Notes: generated from the letters alone by a model not told the origin. A stretch of DNA of 64,000 nucleotides from Bdellovibrionales bacterium (GCA_965203095.1 OZ241877.1:1344001-1408000); one strand, 5' to 3'; shown: positions 27,940-39,376, numbered from the stretch's first letter. Program-made: numbers and translations.

Positions 27940-28860
27940 TTAAAAAACAGGGAGGCTAAAGCTTTCTTGTTCAAGTGAAGCTTTAGTTTTAGACAACTTT
28001 AAAAGAGGATCATTTTCCCGAATCTCTTTGTAATCTTTATCCCTTATAGTTCTAATCCGTCCCAAATAAATGGATACAAAATATTTATTATTTATTTTAG
28101 TTTGTTGGACGGATTGAACATTCTTTTTAGCAATATTAACATAATTGGGGTCTATTTCTATGCCAATGTATTTTCTACCCAGCTGTTTTGCGGCAACAGC
28201 GGTTGTTCCTGTTCCCATAAAAGGATCTAACACAATATCTCCTTCATCTGTAGTCATCAATATCAATCTTTCTAAAAGCGGTATGGATAGTTGACAAGGA
28301 TGCTCATTCCTTCTTTTTTTATGTCTTATCCTATGAATATCATTCCATACATCAGAAAGAAGAGGGCCAAACCCATGAGCTTGATCTTTTTTCCCGCCAT
28401 AATCTTTTAAAAATTCATTACAAGTTCTGCATTTTGGATGCGGATATCTAATATCATAGAATTTAAAATCCGTATAAGACAAAGATTTTGTATAATATAA
28501 AATGCCATAATGGTTAGGTAGTAAAGTTTTTCCTATTGGAGCTCCTCCTGAATCCCAAACAATCCAATGTCTAAAATAAGCAATTTGATTCAAACACTCT
28601 GTATAATGGACAAGCCAACGAGGAATATTATGAACAAAAATTGATCCTTTTGGTTTAGTGACTCGCACCATTTCACTTATCCAATCATTACACCAATTGA
28701 GATAATCTCTTTTTTCTTTTGAATCTTTATAATGCCCATACTTTTTTTTTAAATTAAAAGGAGGGTCGGCAAAAGTTATATCAACGGACTGATCCGGTAT
28801 TTTCTTTAATATGGATAAACAATCACCTTGAATAATTTTATCACAAAATTTATCTATCAT
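27940..28860 (-). CDS. Orphan beta-class N4/N6 DNA methyltransferase
   Basis: Motif IV FADPPFN precedes HPCQ and motif I DPFMGTGTT. Confidence 0.9.
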   Translation of the reverse strand: MIDKFCDKIIQGDCLSILKKIPDQSVDITFADPPFNLKKKYGHYKDSKEKRDYLNWCNDWISEMVRVTKPKGSIFVHNIPRWLVHYTECLNQIAYFRHWIVWDSGGAPIGKTLLPNHYGILYYTKSLSYTDFKFYDIRYPHPKCRTCNEFLKDYGGKKDQAHGFGPLLSDVWNDIHRIRHKKRRNEHPCQLSIPLLERLILMTTDEGDIVLDPFMGTGTTAVAAKQLGRKYIGIEIDPNYVNIAKKNVQSVQQTKINNKYFVSIYLGRIRTIRDKDYKEIRENDPLLKLSKTKASLEQESFSLPVF

Positions 28861-29336
28861 AGTCCTCCTCCAAAAGTTTTAACTTTTTTTTGTTTTTTTA
28901 AGGCTCGCTCCATTCGTCTTTCCGCCTGCTTTTTTTTGAGAGATTGCCTTTTATCAATCTTGGCTTTCCCTATACCCAAAGCAATCTCCACTTTAGCCCT
29001 CCCCCTTTTAAAATAAATACGGAGGGGCACACAACTCCTGTTTTTTTGCTCTGTCAGCCCGCGAATTTTTTTTATTTCTCCTTTATGTAAAAGCAATTTG
29101 CGAGGACGTTCCGGCAGATGGCCACCATTTCGGGCTTTTTTGTAAGGGCTGATATAAGCTCTGCGTAAAAAAGCCTCTTCTGAAGAAAAAGAAATATAAG
29201 AATCTTTAAGCTGGCACTGCCCCGCTCGCAAGGATTTGACCTCACTACCTAATAGGACCAGCCCCGCCTCAAATTTTTCCTTCAACTCATATTGAAAACT
29301 GGCTTTTTTATTTATGGCAATCAGCTGGATAGGCAT
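28857..29336 (-). CDS. smpB: SsrA-binding protein
   Basis: NKKASFQY, EAGLVLLGSEVKSLR, RKLLLHK, DKR; start MPIQLIA. Confidence 0.95.
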   Translation of the reverse strand: MPIQLIAINKKASFQYELKEKFEAGLVLLGSEVKSLRAGQCQLKDSYISFSSEEAFLRRAYISPYKKARNGGHLPERPRKLLLHKGEIKKIRGLTEQKNRSCVPLRIYFKRGRAKVEIALGIGKAKIDKRQSLKKKQAERRMERALKKQKKVKTFGGGL

Positions 29337-29575
29337 TATAGGCTTAAAATAAAACCTTTTTCGGGAAAAGGGCAAGACCTTAAGCTCTAAAAGAGTGCGG
29401 GAATCAGGGCTGGTGGAGGCACTCAAAATATTTTTTTAGCTTTTTTTGCTTAAAAAATAAACACTTTTAAAGCCTATAACCCCGCAAACAGGCCAAAATA
29501 AAGACAAGACTAAAAAAAGATTCAATCTTTTTTTTAGAAAAACCGAAAAGATAAATACAATATCAGGAGATCGCT

Positions 29576-30184
29576 TTGTCTTTAATTCCTATTGTTATAG
29601 AACAGACCCCCAGAGGAGAGAGGAGTTATGATATTTACTCTCGCCTTTTAAAAGACCGAATCATCATGCTGGGGACAGCTATTGACGACAATGTGGCCAA
29701 TAGCGTCATTGCTCAGATGTTTTTCTTAGAGATGCAATCTTCCACCCAGGACATTAACCTTTATATCAATTCCCCAGGGGGAAGTGTGCATGCGGGATTG
29801 GCTGTTTACGATATTATGCAGTTTGTCCGTTGCGATGTGGCAACTTATTGTATTGGACTCTCGGCCAGTATGGGCTCTTTATTGCTTTGTGCTGGAGCTG
29901 AAAAGAAGCGATATATTCTCCCTAATGCTCGAGTTATGGTCCATCAGCCCTTGATTTCTGGTTCAGGAATATCCGGGCAGGTGAGTGATATTGAGATTCA
30001 CGCTAAGGAAATGTCTTACACAAAAAAGCAGTTGACCCAAATTTACGCAAAGCATACAGGTCATGATGTGGAAAAACTGACAAAAATGATGGATAGGGAT
30101 CGCTACATGGGGGCGGAAGAGGCAAAATCGCTCAAATTAGTGGATCATATTGTGGAAAATAGAAAAAATCAGAAGAAAACTTAA
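29576..30184 (+). CDS. clpP: ATP-dependent Clp protease proteolytic subunit
   Basis: GERSYDIYSRLLKDRII, INSPGG, ASMG, HQP. Confidence 0.97.
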   Translation: MSLIPIVIEQTPRGERSYDIYSRLLKDRIIMLGTAIDDNVANSVIAQMFFLEMQSSTQDINLYINSPGGSVHAGLAVYDIMQFVRCDVATYCIGLSASMGSLLLCAGAEKKRYILPNARVMVHQPLISGSGISGQVSDIEIHAKEMSYTKKQLTQIYAKHTGHDVEKLTKMMDRDRYMGAEEAKSLKLVDHIVENRKNQKKT

Positions 30185-30381
30185 AAAATGGATTCTACAA
30201 AAAATATTTTTTGCCTTATAGAGAAAAATGGATCATAGTTGGTTATTATTATGTTTAATTTTAGACAAAACTTTGTTTTTTACTTTTTGCTTTTCTCAAA
30301 AAAAGGAGGAAGTCCACAGTATTTTGATATGTGTCAACCAATAAATAAAACCGGGTATTTTTAACGGAGGCGAGGGCAGTT

Positions 30382-31650
30382 ATGGTTAGTAAAGTTTGCA
30401 GTTTTTGCGATAAAAGTCAAAAAGAGGTTTCTAAACTGATTTCAGGGCCTCAAGTTTATATTTGTAATGAGTGTGTTGACCTCTGTAACGAAATTCTTAT
30501 TGAAGCCGAAAAGAAGGAGGCTATTTCCTCAAAGAAAAAACTAAAAGTGGCCACACCGGCGGAAATCAAAACTCGTTTAGACGAATATATTATAGGTCAG
30601 GACAAAGCCAAAAAATCTATGGCAGTTGCCGTTCATAACCATTATAAACGGATCAATATGTCCGGCCAAGCCCAAAAAGATGGGGTGGAGTTAGCAAAAA
30701 GTAATCTTCTGTTAATAGGTCCTACAGGTTCTGGTAAAACCCTTTTGGCTCAAACTATTGCCAGGATTTTAAATGTTCCTTTTTCTGTAGCGGATGCCAC
30801 CACTTTAACGGAAGCGGGTTATGTGGGGGAGGATGTGGAAAATGTGGTTTTAAACTTACTTCAGGCGGCGGATTATGATGTGAAGAAGGCAGAAAAAGGG
30901 GTTATTTATATTGATGAGATTGATAAAATCACCCGTAAAGGGGAAAATGTCTCCATCACCAGAGATGTGAGTGGGGAGGGGGTTCAACAGGCTCTTTTAA
31001 AAATTTTGGAAGGGACAGTGGCCAATGTGCCTCCAAAGGGAGGGCGTAAGCATCCCCAACAGGAATTTATTTCTGTCAACACTTCGGATATTTTATTTAT
31101 TGTGGGAGGGGCTTTTGTCGGGTTGGAAAATTTAGTTCAAAATCGCATATCCAACCGATCTCTTGGCTTTTCTGCCAATGTGGATGATCCGGAAGAGGTC
31201 AGCCGATCGGAGATTTTGTCTCAGTTGGAACCATCGGACTTGGTTCGCTATGGTTTGATTCCAGAATTTATTGGCCGTTTGCCGGGGATAGCTATTTTGG
31301 ATTCTTTGGATAAAAAGGCATTGATTCAAATTTTACAAGAGCCTAAAAATGCTTTGCTCAAACAGTATCAAAAGCTTTTTAGTTATAATGGTGTTCAGCT
31401 GGAGTTTGAAAAATCAGCCATCAATTTAGTGGCGGAAATAGCCCTTAAAAATAAAACGGGGGCACGGGGCTTGAGAAAGGTTTTAGAAGACAGCATGTTG
31501 GAGATCATGTATGAAGTTCCCTCCCATGATAATATTAAATCCTGCCTTATTACTAAAGATGTGATTCAAAAAAAAGGGAAACCAAAATTTGGTTATAAAT
31601 CCAAAAAACGATCCTCTTCATCTTCTAAAACACAAAAAGCCAGTGCTTAA
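30382..31650 (+). CDS. clpX: ATP-dependent Clp protease ATPase subunit
   Basis: CSFC..C..C zinc finger, [18 protein letters not shown]. Confidence 0.97.
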   Translation: MVSKVCSFCDKSQKEVSKLISGPQVYICNECVDLCNEILIEAEKKEAISSKKKLKVATPAEIKTRLDEYIIGQDKAKKSMAVAVHNHYKRINMSGQAQKDGVELAKSNLLLIGPTGSGKTLLAQTIARILNVPFSVADATTLTEAGYVGEDVENVVLNLLQAADYDVKKAEKGVIYIDEIDKITRKGENVSITRDVSGEGVQQALLKILEGTVANVPPKGGRKHPQQEFISVNTSDILFIVGGAFVGLENLVQNRISNRSLGFSANVDDPEEVSRSEILSQLEPSDLVRYGLIPEFIGRLPGIAILDSLDKKALIQILQEPKNALLKQYQKLFSYNGVQLEFEKSAINLVAEIALKNKTGARGLRKVLEDSMLEIMYEVPSHDNIKSCLITKDVIQKKGKPKFGYKSKKRSSSSSKTQKASA

Positions 31651-31672
31651 GTAATGGATAAGGGAGTATCTT

Positions 31673-31972
31673 TTAAAGAACAGACCCTTGAAAAAGCCTT
31701 GTCATGAGATCCAGTTTGGAAAAGCCAAAAAGAACTATTACAAAAAAAACAGCAGAACCAAAAACCACCCAGTAAATTTTATCATCATATTTAAGGTGCA
31801 TAAAATAAAGCAAGACCAAACCGGCTTTAACAGTGGCAATCAGAAAAGCCAGAAAAACATTAAAAATCCCAAAATCGATTTGTGCGACAACAACAGTGAG
31901 AACTGTCAAAATGAGAAGACTCATCAAGACATTAAAATAAATCTTGAAAGGGACAATATGATTTTTTGACAT
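31673..31972 (-). CDS. Cytochrome c oxidase subunit IV
   Basis: IATVKAGLVLLYFMHLK; operon position. Confidence 0.85.
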   Translation of the reverse strand: MSKNHIVPFKIYFNVLMSLLILTVLTVVVAQIDFGIFNVFLAFLIATVKAGLVLLYFMHLKYDDKIYWVVFGSAVFFVIVLFGFSKLDLMTRLFQGSVL

Positions 31973-32047
31973 GTTTAACCTTTGGTTTTAAAATTTAAGG
32001 GCCTGAGCCTCTCACTCCCTCTAAAACACAAAAACCACAACTCATAA

Positions 32048-32686
32048 TCACTCCACCAAATATAACAAAGGGAAAAGATAAATCCAAATCAGATCCACTA
32101 AATGCCAAAAAAGCCCCACATACTCTAAAGCATTGTAGCGATCCGGCCCAACTTGCCCTCTATAAGCCCGTATCAACATCCATAAAATCAAAGACAAACC
32201 TATAATCACATGGCTGGCGTGCAAACCCGTCATCAAATAATAAAAAGAAAAATAAAGTGGCAAGCCCTCCACAAAGCCCTCTCCTGTGTAAGAAAAAAAT
32301 CCCCCTGGAAAAATCCCTACATGAAATTTATGAGAATATTCCACATATTTTATAAACATAAACAAAAGCCCACAAACCAAAGTTGCTAAAAGCATATACC
32401 GGCACTGAGGCAATTTGTTTTTTTGAGCAAAAAAGATGCTCATAGCCATTGTGAAAGAGCTGACTAAAAGAACAACGGTATTGATAGCCCCCTTTTTCCA
32501 ATCTAAAAAATGAGAACCAGCTTTAAAAACCTCTGGATATTCCCCATGGTAGATAACATAGCCCACAAATAACCCGCCAAACATTAAGATCTCTGTTGCC
32601 AAAAAAAGCCACATGCCCAATTTTTCAGCTGAAAGCTGTTGCTTATAATTATCAAAATGATGGGCCTTGTTTTCCGAGGGATTCAT
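32048..32686 (-). CDS. Cytochrome c oxidase subunit III
   Basis: GMWLFLATE, TGLHASHV, WHLVDLIW. Confidence 0.92.
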   Translation of the reverse strand: MNPSENKAHHFDNYKQQLSAEKLGMWLFLATEILMFGGLFVGYVIYHGEYPEVFKAGSHFLDWKKGAINTVVLLVSSFTMAMSIFFAQKNKLPQCRYMLLATLVCGLLFMFIKYVEYSHKFHVGIFPGGFFSYTGEGFVEGLPLYFSFYYLMTGLHASHVIIGLSLILWMLIRAYRGQVGPDRYNALEYVGLFWHLVDLIWIYLFPLLYLVE

Positions 32687-32692
32687 AATGCT

Positions 32693-34276
32693 TTACTCAT
32701 AAGCCTCTTTGCTCACATGAGGAGTTTGCTCAAAATTTTCATGAGGGGGAGGAGAAGAGGTTTGCCATTCCAAAGTTTTTGCCCCCCATGGGTTGGAGCT
32801 GGCCTTCTTCCCTTTTAACATTCCATGAACTAAAGTCCAAAGAGCCACAATAAAGCCTGTGGCAATAAGCCAAGATCCCACAGTAGAAACTTGATTTAAA
32901 GCCTCATAAGGGGGGATATAGTCCGCATAGCGCCGGGGCATTCCCTCAACGCCTAAAATAAATTGAGGGAAAAAAGTCACATTAAAGCCAATAAAAATAA
33001 AAGCAAAACTAATTTGCCCCGCCAGCTCATTATAAAGTCGCCCAAACATTTTAGGGAACCAGTAATAAAAACCACCCATAATCCCCATAATCGTCCCCCC
33101 CACCATGACATAATGAAAATGAGCCACAACAAAATAAGTGTCGTGGACATGAATATCAAAAGGGAGCACAGCTAACATAATGCCTGTGACTCCTCCTATC
33201 AAAAACAAAAATAAAAAACCCAAAGCGTAAAGGAAGGGAGTATCAAAACTAAGAGAACCTTTAACCATAGTGGCCACCCAGTTAAAAATTTTAACTGCTG
33301 TAGGAACACCCACTAAAACCGTGAGGAAAGAAAATATAATTCCCGCCCAAGCTGATTGTCCACTAACAAACATGTGATGCCCCCAAACAAAAAAACTCAC
33401 CCCCGCAATACCTAAGCTGGCAAAAACAACGGCCTTGTATCCAAAAATTTTCTGCCGGGAAAAGGCGGACATCAATTCGCTAATCACCCCCATAGCTGGC
33501 AAAATCATAATATAAACCGCTGGATGAGAATAAAACCAAAAAAAATGTTGAAACAATACAGGGTCGCCTCCTTTTTCTGGATTAAAAATCCCCACATCCA
33601 GTAGTCTTTCCCCAATGAGAAGTAAAAGAGTAATGGCCAAAACAGGTGTAGCCAAAATTTGAATGATAGCCGTAGAGTAAAGAGACCAAACAAAAAGAGG
33701 CATGCGAAAAAAAGACATCCCCGGTGCCCTCAGTTTGTGAATTGTCACGATAAAATTCAAACCTGTTAAAATAGAGGAAAAGCCAATAATAAAAGCTCCA
33801 AGGACTACAGGGATAACCGCAGTGTTTGTTTCAATGCTATAAGGGGTGTAAAATGTCCAGCCGGTATCCACTCCTCCAAGGAATAAAGACAGCACAGCCA
33901 CAAAAGATCCTATCAGCAAACAATACCAGCTGAGAAGATTGATCTTGGGGAAGGCCACATCTTTTGCTCCAATTTGAAGTGGCAAAACAAAGTTCCCCAG
34001 GAAGGCAGGGATGCCGGGAATAATGACCATAAAAACCATAATGGCCCCATGGTAGGTCATTATCTGATTGTAAAGGGCGGAGTTTACGATGGTTTCGCCC
34101 ACTTTAAAAAGCTCTAAGCGAATCAAAAGGGCAAAAATCCCACCCACCAAAAAGAAAGAAAAAACAGTGATCATATAAAGGATACCAATCCGCTTATGAT
34201 CCACTGTAAAAAGCCATGAACCGATGCCTTTTTTCCAGTTGAGATAGTTTTTTCCTTCAGGCATATTTCCTCTCAT
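32693..34276 (-). CDS. ctaD: Cytochrome c oxidase subunit I (A2-type)
   Basis: [34 protein letters not shown]. Confidence 0.95.
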   Translation of the reverse strand: MRGNMPEGKNYLNWKKGIGSWLFTVDHKRIGILYMITVFSFFLVGGIFALLIRLELFKVGETIVNSALYNQIMTYHGAIMVFMVIIPGIPAFLGNFVLPLQIGAKDVAFPKINLLSWYCLLIGSFVAVLSLFLGGVDTGWTFYTPYSIETNTAVIPVVLGAFIIGFSSILTGLNFIVTIHKLRAPGMSFFRMPLFVWSLYSTAIIQILATPVLAITLLLLIGERLLDVGIFNPEKGGDPVLFQHFFWFYSHPAVYIMILPAMGVISELMSAFSRQKIFGYKAVVFASLGIAGVSFFVWGHHMFVSGQSAWAGIIFSFLTVLVGVPTAVKIFNWVATMVKGSLSFDTPFLYALGFLFLFLIGGVTGIMLAVLPFDIHVHDTYFVVAHFHYVMVGGTIMGIMGGFYYWFPKMFGRLYNELAGQISFAFIFIGFNVTFFPQFILGVEGMPRRYADYIPPYEALNQVSTVGSWLIATGFIVALWTLVHGMLKGKKASSNPWGAKTLEWQTSSPPPHENFEQTPHVSKEAYE

Positions 34277-35250
34277 TTTAGGGTTTTGATATATTCCACC
34301 AAACCCGCGAGTTCCTCTTCCGACAGCAGTCCGGCAAAGGGGGTCATTTGGTTGGAATAACCTTGGACCAACTGGGCCCCAGGGTTCAGTATAGATTCTC
34401 TAATATAATTTTCATCTGCCATAATAGATTGCCCATTTTGTAAGAGTCTTGTCTTTTTATAAAGACCTGCAAGCCCTGGCCCAATCAGTTTTTCCGTTGT
34501 CACATGATGGCAAACCGCACAACGGCCCTGATAGGCTTTCTCCCCAACCTCTGACAAAGACAGCCCTTTATAAGGATCTGTTTTAAGCCAATTTTCCCAA
34601 TCCTTCAAGGGAAGAACATGAAGTTTAGCAATCATTTGTGAATGGCCCGTGCCACAAAGCTCCGCACAAAAAACATGAAAGCTCCCCTCTCTTTTTGCAT
34701 GAAACCAAAGGGCTGTGTATCGGCCAGGAACCGCATCCTGTTTGATTTTGAAAGCGGGGATAAAAAAACTATGGATGACATCTCTGGAAGTGAGAATCAG
34801 CCGGACCGGGCGATCAGAGGGAACATAAAGCTCATTTGTGGTTTTTCGCCCATTTTTATAGACAAACTCCCAACTCCACATTTGCCCAAAAACATGAATT
34901 TCTAAACTATTTGATGGTGTCCGGTTAAAATCTTTATAGAGAACCCACCCCCAAGCAAAGGCGACAATAAAAATCACAAAGGGAATAAAGCTCCACACTA
35001 TCTCCAAAGGGAGATGGTGGTGTTGCTGGGCATGGCCCTCTTCGTCAATGGTTTTCCTTCTATAACGAAAGGCAAAATACACAAAAGCAAAAATAATGAG
35101 GACACAAGAGATCAGGCTGGAATAGATCAAAAAATCCTCCAACCGGCCCAAGTGGGCCACATAATCCGTAGGAGCTGAATCTTTTTTCTCAGCTAAAGAT
35201 TTCGCTAAAGATTTTCCAGGGCAATAAAAAAAAAATAAAATGTTAAGAAT
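34273..35250 (-). CDS. coxB: Cytochrome c oxidase subunit II with C-terminal cytochrome c (caa3-type); start uncertain (ATT 35250 or GTG 35160)
   Basis: [18 protein letters not shown]uA site, CAVCH heme motif. Confidence 0.9.
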   Translation of the reverse strand: MLNILFFFYCPGKSLAKSLAEKKDSAPTDYVAHLGRLEDFLIYSSLISCVLIIFAFVYFAFRYRRKTIDEEGHAQQHHHLPLEIVWSFIPFVIFIVAFAWGWVLYKDFNRTPSNSLEIHVFGQMWSWEFVYKNGRKTTNELYVPSDRPVRLILTSRDVIHSFFIPAFKIKQDAVPGRYTALWFHAKREGSFHVFCAELCGTGHSQMIAKLHVLPLKDWENWLKTDPYKGLSLSEVGEKAYQGRCAVCHHVTTEKLIGPGLAGLYKKTRLLQNGQSIMADENYIRESILNPGAQLVQGYSNQMTPFAGLLSEEELAGLVEYIKTLK

Positions 35251-36055
35251 TTTTCCTCCCTTCTTTAATCCAAGTGGGGATTAAAAGAAAAAGTAAAGCC
35301 AATATGATCAACACCCCGCCAGCCTTCATGATGTTGCCCGCATAAAGGCTGTATTTGTTCTCCTCTGGATTAAAGCGATAGCAAAAAAGCACAATTCGAT
35401 CAATCATATTTCCTATTTTACCCGCCCCTCCCTCTAAAAGGGATAGTTTTAAAGTTTTGGCTGAAAATTGCACCCCATAGAGATAGCGGGATAGCTTTCC
35501 TTTAGGGCTGAGGACATAAGCCACAGGGCTGTGGGCAAACTGCAAAGTCTCCTCATCCCAGCGAAAAGCAAAACCTAAGCTTTTAGAGAGCTTTTTAATG
35601 TCCGGCTCTCTGCCTGTTAAAAAGTGAACTCTATCCTTTTTCAGTTGAGGAAATTTTTTAAGATAATTGGCTTTTTTCTCCTGGGCTAAAGGGGGCTTTT
35701 CTTTATGATCCATACTCACAATCACCAACTGATAGGGTATTCTTTGAGAGAGCTGGTTTAAGCCCTCAAACAGGCCGTTGAGATGAAAGTTGCAGAGGCT
35801 GGGGCAGTTGTAATAGACAATACTCATCAAAACCGGTTCTTTACCGAACCAACTTTTTAGAGCACGGCTTTGGCCCTGCTCATCCACAAAAGAGAGCTGA
35901 AGATCAATAAAAGTGCCCAACTGCTCTTTAACAGCCAAGTTTTGTAGGGCTTGTGGGGCTTCGTCTGCCCGGTAAGCCTTTTCCGCTAAAGAGGGCAAAG
36001 CCAAAAGCAGGCCACTATAAAGCTTGAGAGGCAAACTCTTCCAATTCCTTTTCAT
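35243..36055 (-). CDS. SCO-family copper chaperone
   Basis: YYNCPSLC, FAH, C-terminal TM. Confidence 0.85.
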   Translation of the reverse strand: MKRNWKSLPLKLYSGLLLALPSLAEKAYRADEAPQALQNLAVKEQLGTFIDLQLSFVDEQGQSRALKSWFGKEPVLMSIVYYNCPSLCNFHLNGLFEGLNQLSQRIPYQLVIVSMDHKEKPPLAQEKKANYLKKFPQLKKDRVHFLTGREPDIKKLSKSLGFAFRWDEETLQFAHSPVAYVLSPKGKLSRYLYGVQFSAKTLKLSLLEGGAGKIGNMIDRIVLFCYRFNPEENKYSLYAGNIMKAGGVLIILALLFLLIPTWIKEGRKNS

Positions 36056-36584
36056 TATCCGGAACCTTATTTTTTGTGAGAGATCGAACATAATGAACCA
36101 AAGCCCAGCGATCCAGCTTGGGCAAGTGTTTAAACGAAAGCATAGATGAACCAGTGATGCCTTTTTGCAAAGTAATAAACAGGTTTTTAGAAGAGCCTCC
36201 TTTTGTCCATTTCCCCTCCACTAAATCCCTGGGAGGGGGGATGAGGCCGGGGGTGCCATCCCCTAAACCATTAGGGCCATGGCAGAGGGCACATTGAGCT
36301 TTATAAACCTTGCTCCCATAAGCAATTAGATTGTCTGAAGGGTGCCAGGGCCGGGCCTCCTCCTCTGGACTCAAGTTGAGAGCTGGAGAAGAGGCTTGAG
36401 CACTATCTTTATATTCTCCTAAGTCAATAGAGTTTTTTACTGTCAGAAAATAAATGGCCCATAAGCAACTCAAACCCATAGTGCTTAGAAAAAAGAAAAA
36501 TCCCAACCTGTTGTAAAAGTTTTTAGATTGTCTTTGGTTCATTGTGATGGAATCCATATAGTCGCCCATTGGCATTTTTGTCAA
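36015..36584 (-). CDS. Membrane-anchored c-type cytochrome (start uncertain)
   Basis: CALCHG, TM segment. Confidence 0.85.
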   Translation of the reverse strand: MTKMPMGDYMDSITMNQRQSKNFYNRLGFFFFLSTMGLSCLWAIYFLTVKNSIDLGEYKDSAQASSPALNLSPEEEARPWHPSDNLIAYGSKVYKAQCALCHGPNGLGDGTPGLIPPPRDLVEGKWTKGGSSKNLFITLQKGITGSSMLSFKHLPKLDRWALVHYVRSLTKNKVPDNEKELEEFASQAL

Positions 36585-36628
36585 GCTTTAGCTTTTGTGG
36601 AAAAAGAAGTTTTTTAGCCAATTCCATT

Positions 36629-36910
36629 TTATCGCCTATGAAAAATCTCTATAATTCACAGGGGATTCTTCAGCTTCTTTGCCTAAAGGTCCGTCCCATT
36701 TCGGGACGGCAATACCTTGGACCATCACCGGACGGCCTTTAAGCAAAAGTGATTGAAAAGCCTGACCCTGTAAAAACAGGGGACGAGAGGGACTAACTGA
36801 GGATTTTTCACAGGCGATTATTTAATTCTCTAAGTTCATCTTTCCCGTGAAATCCCAGTCATCCCCGTGAAAGCGGGAATCCAGGAATCTTTGCCTTTGG
36901 GCAAAGCCTG
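36629..36910. repeat. Modular repeat (36629-36820) plus adjacent gtcatccccgtgaaagcgggaatccag and ctttgcctttgggcaaag modules
   Basis: Same termini and conserved loop. Confidence 0.82.
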
Positions 36911-36966
36911 CTAACAAAACTATTGACAAGCTCTTAAATCAGCGGATAGCTATTTAAAATAAGGGT

Positions 36967-37239
36967 ATGAATTTTAAAATCTTTTTCATTAGTTTTTGTC
37001 TTTTTTTGAGTGCTTGCCATACTCATTCTGTTATTCGTGATCTCCCTCATCGTGCCACCAAATCAAAAATTTTAAAAGTATTGGGCCAACCCTTTAAAAT
37101 AAAAAGAAAAGATGGTAATGACCATTGGATATATAAAATGGTCATTGATGGAAGGCATTACACCAGAACTTTGGTAATAAAACAGGGGCGACTTTACAAA
37201 AAGGGACCGCTCAAGCCTTTCTCTTTAAAAAAATTTTAG
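36967..37239 (+). CDS. Small lipoprotein, BamE/SmpA-like
   Basis: Lipobox LSAC; TKSKILKVLGQP...WIY. Confidence 0.6.
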   Translation: MNFKIFFISFCLFLSACHTHSVIRDLPHRATKSKILKVLGQPFKIKRKDGNDHWIYKMVIDGRHYTRTLVIKQGRLYKKGPLKPFSLKKF

Positions 37240-38045
37240 GGGCTGGCCGATCCAGCGTCTTCCACAGGGCTTTGCTCCCAAGAAATTTTTAAAGGACAAC
37301 CCATTAAAGAGAGCACAATAACATAAGCTTGAACAGGGGAGATTTTTGCTATTTTGATTTTTCCCTCTTTTATGAGGTCCTTCTCACTTGCTTCTTCAAA
37401 TAAAGGGAGATTTAAGTGCTCATCTTTTAAAACTGCCAGAACCTTCTCCTTTGTATCTTGAGAATTGATTTCGCTCAAAATCAAATCATACACAAAAGGG
37501 CCTTGTTCTGTAGATGAAGTGCCAGCAAATTGAGCCACTTCAGAAAAATCTTCTTTTTCCTTGTTTTCTGCCTCTGCCGAGCTTTCTACAGCAGGACCTT
37601 CTTCCTGAAAGGGGAAATCCTTCTCTTCATTATTTGATGAGGGTTCAGCCCCTTCAGCCGATTCGTTTTCTGACTCTGAGGAGGAGGGCACAGGCTCTTC
37701 CGGAGTTGGGGCTTCTTCCTCCTCTTTAACAGATGAAATTTCATCTGTTTTTGAGAGGGGGGACTCCTTTTCTATATCCGATTCTATATCAGCTTCTTCT
37801 GGCATTTTAAGCTCTGGAACTTTTGTGACTTCATCAGGAAAATCCTCCTCTTCTGGAAGAGGTTCTATGGAGGAGGGAGGCTTTTCTCCCTCCTCTGAGG
37901 GGTCCGGAATTTGGCCTTGGCTTAAAACTTCACATTGGCCTTTTTTTAATAGAAGGGAAGAGCCACAGTGAGGGCAATCATAATAAACTTCCTCCTGTGT
38001 GGGGGCAGGAGATTCCCATTCATTGGCACAAACAGGGCATTCCAT
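37236..38045 (-). CDS. Zinc-ribbon protein with long acidic linker
   Basis: CPVC...CPHC; Glu/Pro/Ser-rich middle. Confidence 0.7.
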   Translation of the reverse strand: MECPVCANEWESPAPTQEEVYYDCPHCGSSLLLKKGQCEVLSQGQIPDPSEEGEKPPSSIEPLPEEEDFPDEVTKVPELKMPEEADIESDIEKESPLSKTDEISSVKEEEEAPTPEEPVPSSSESENESAEGAEPSSNNEEKDFPFQEEGPAVESSAEAENKEKEDFSEVAQFAGTSSTEQGPFVYDLILSEINSQDTKEKVLAVLKDEHLNLPLFEEASEKDLIKEGKIKIAKISPVQAYVIVLSLMGCPLKISWEQSPVEDAGSASP

Positions 38046-38226
38046 AAAAAAACCTCTTTTTTATAAATGGCATATATTTTTATAATATAACATAAAAATT
38101 CTATCAAACTTTACATAGCTTCCCAGAAAAACCAGAAAAAACTATTTTCCCGACTTTTTCGTCTTATTTTGTAGGAAAAGTTTTGAGCTTATGAAAAGAG
38201 GCTTTTTTTCCGATAAACTTATTAGG

Positions 38227-39240
38227 ATGGTTTTTTTTAAAAAAAAATTCATAAAGCTCTCTAAAAGTAGGGGCCAAGCCACAATGGAATACATTTTGCT
38301 TATTGCTGTGGTTGTGGCCATTTTTGTTGTTTTTAAAAAATATGGAGAGGGATTGATGGGTTTTTCTGCAAGGATGGTTGGTCCAGATGGCTATTACGGT
38401 TGCTTGCTAAAGAAGGGGCAGTTGCCCGGAAACCCTTGTGGTTCCCAAAACCTCGATCCACAGGCACTTTTTGACCAACATGTATCAGGAGCTCTCAGCA
38501 GTTATGACTCTTCCCAGCAGGGTCCTGGTTCCAGATCGGGGCCGGGATCCCAACCTGGCAGTCTCAACGGGGGACCAAATTCTTCCACAGATTCGGGGGA
38601 AAATGCTTTCAGCAGTGCTAATTCTTCTTCAGCTGGCAATAATTCTCGAAATAGGAGATCCCATAGGCATAAGATAGGCAAGGCTCGCTCTTTGTCCAGT
38701 AAAAGTAAAGTGGGAGGAGAAGGCAGTGGAGGGAGCACAGATGGAGAATCGGCCAGCTCAGATGATGGGAGTTTTGCTGGAAGTTCCTCCTTCCCCGCCA
38801 TTTCATCTGATGAAAAAAGAAGGGCAAAAAGAAAGAAAAAGCGAAAAAAAAGAAGTCGAGCCAGAAGAGGTGACGGGAATATTGCCGGAGGCTTTAAAAA
38901 GAAAAAAAAGCAGAGAAGAGCCTCTGCCCGGTTCCCGGTGGCCAGAGGAGAGGGCTACTTAGGCGATCAGTTTTATGAAGAGGATATGGAAGAAAGAGAA
39001 GATAAAGGCTTTAAAGGGGGGACAACAAGCCAAAAAAAAGGTTCTGATGGCATAGAAGAAAAACAAGATAAACAATTAATTTCAGATAAAAAAGCCTCAG
39101 CCACAAACCAAGGGCTAAAAGATGATGAATATGGCTTTAAATTCAATAAATTTTTAAAATATTTGGTGATCGCGGCTATGATTATCGCTGTAATTATTGT
39201 GGTTTTCTCTCAAATAATGGAATATCAGAGTCGGGATTGA
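38227..39240 (+). CDS. Protein with class III (prepilin-like) signal, Gly/Ser-rich and Lys/Arg-rich segments, and C-terminal TM
   Basis: SRG|QATMEYILLIAVVVAIF with E at +5; start 38227 or 38191. Confidence 0.65.
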   Translation: MVFFKKKFIKLSKSRGQATMEYILLIAVVVAIFVVFKKYGEGLMGFSARMVGPDGYYGCLLKKGQLPGNPCGSQNLDPQALFDQHVSGALSSYDSSQQGPGSRSGPGSQPGSLNGGPNSSTDSGENAFSSANSSSAGNNSRNRRSHRHKIGKARSLSSKSKVGGEGSGGSTDGESASSDDGSFAGSSSFPAISSDEKRRAKRKKKRKKRSRARRGDGNIAGGFKKKKKQRRASARFPVARGEGYLGDQFYEEDMEEREDKGFKGGTTSQKKGSDGIEEKQDKQLISDKKASATNQGLKDDEYGFKFNKFLKYLVIAAMIIAVIIVVFSQIMEYQSRD

Positions 39241-39376
39241 TCTGTTAACAAAACTTCAGGTGTTATACAGCTCCAAAAAAGCGAACTGATAGGGGCTTTT
39301 AACCCGCAACTGACTTTTAAAGATTGACGGGAAAAAACTCCCGCCAATCTTACATAAATGACTTCGTCATTAAAAT

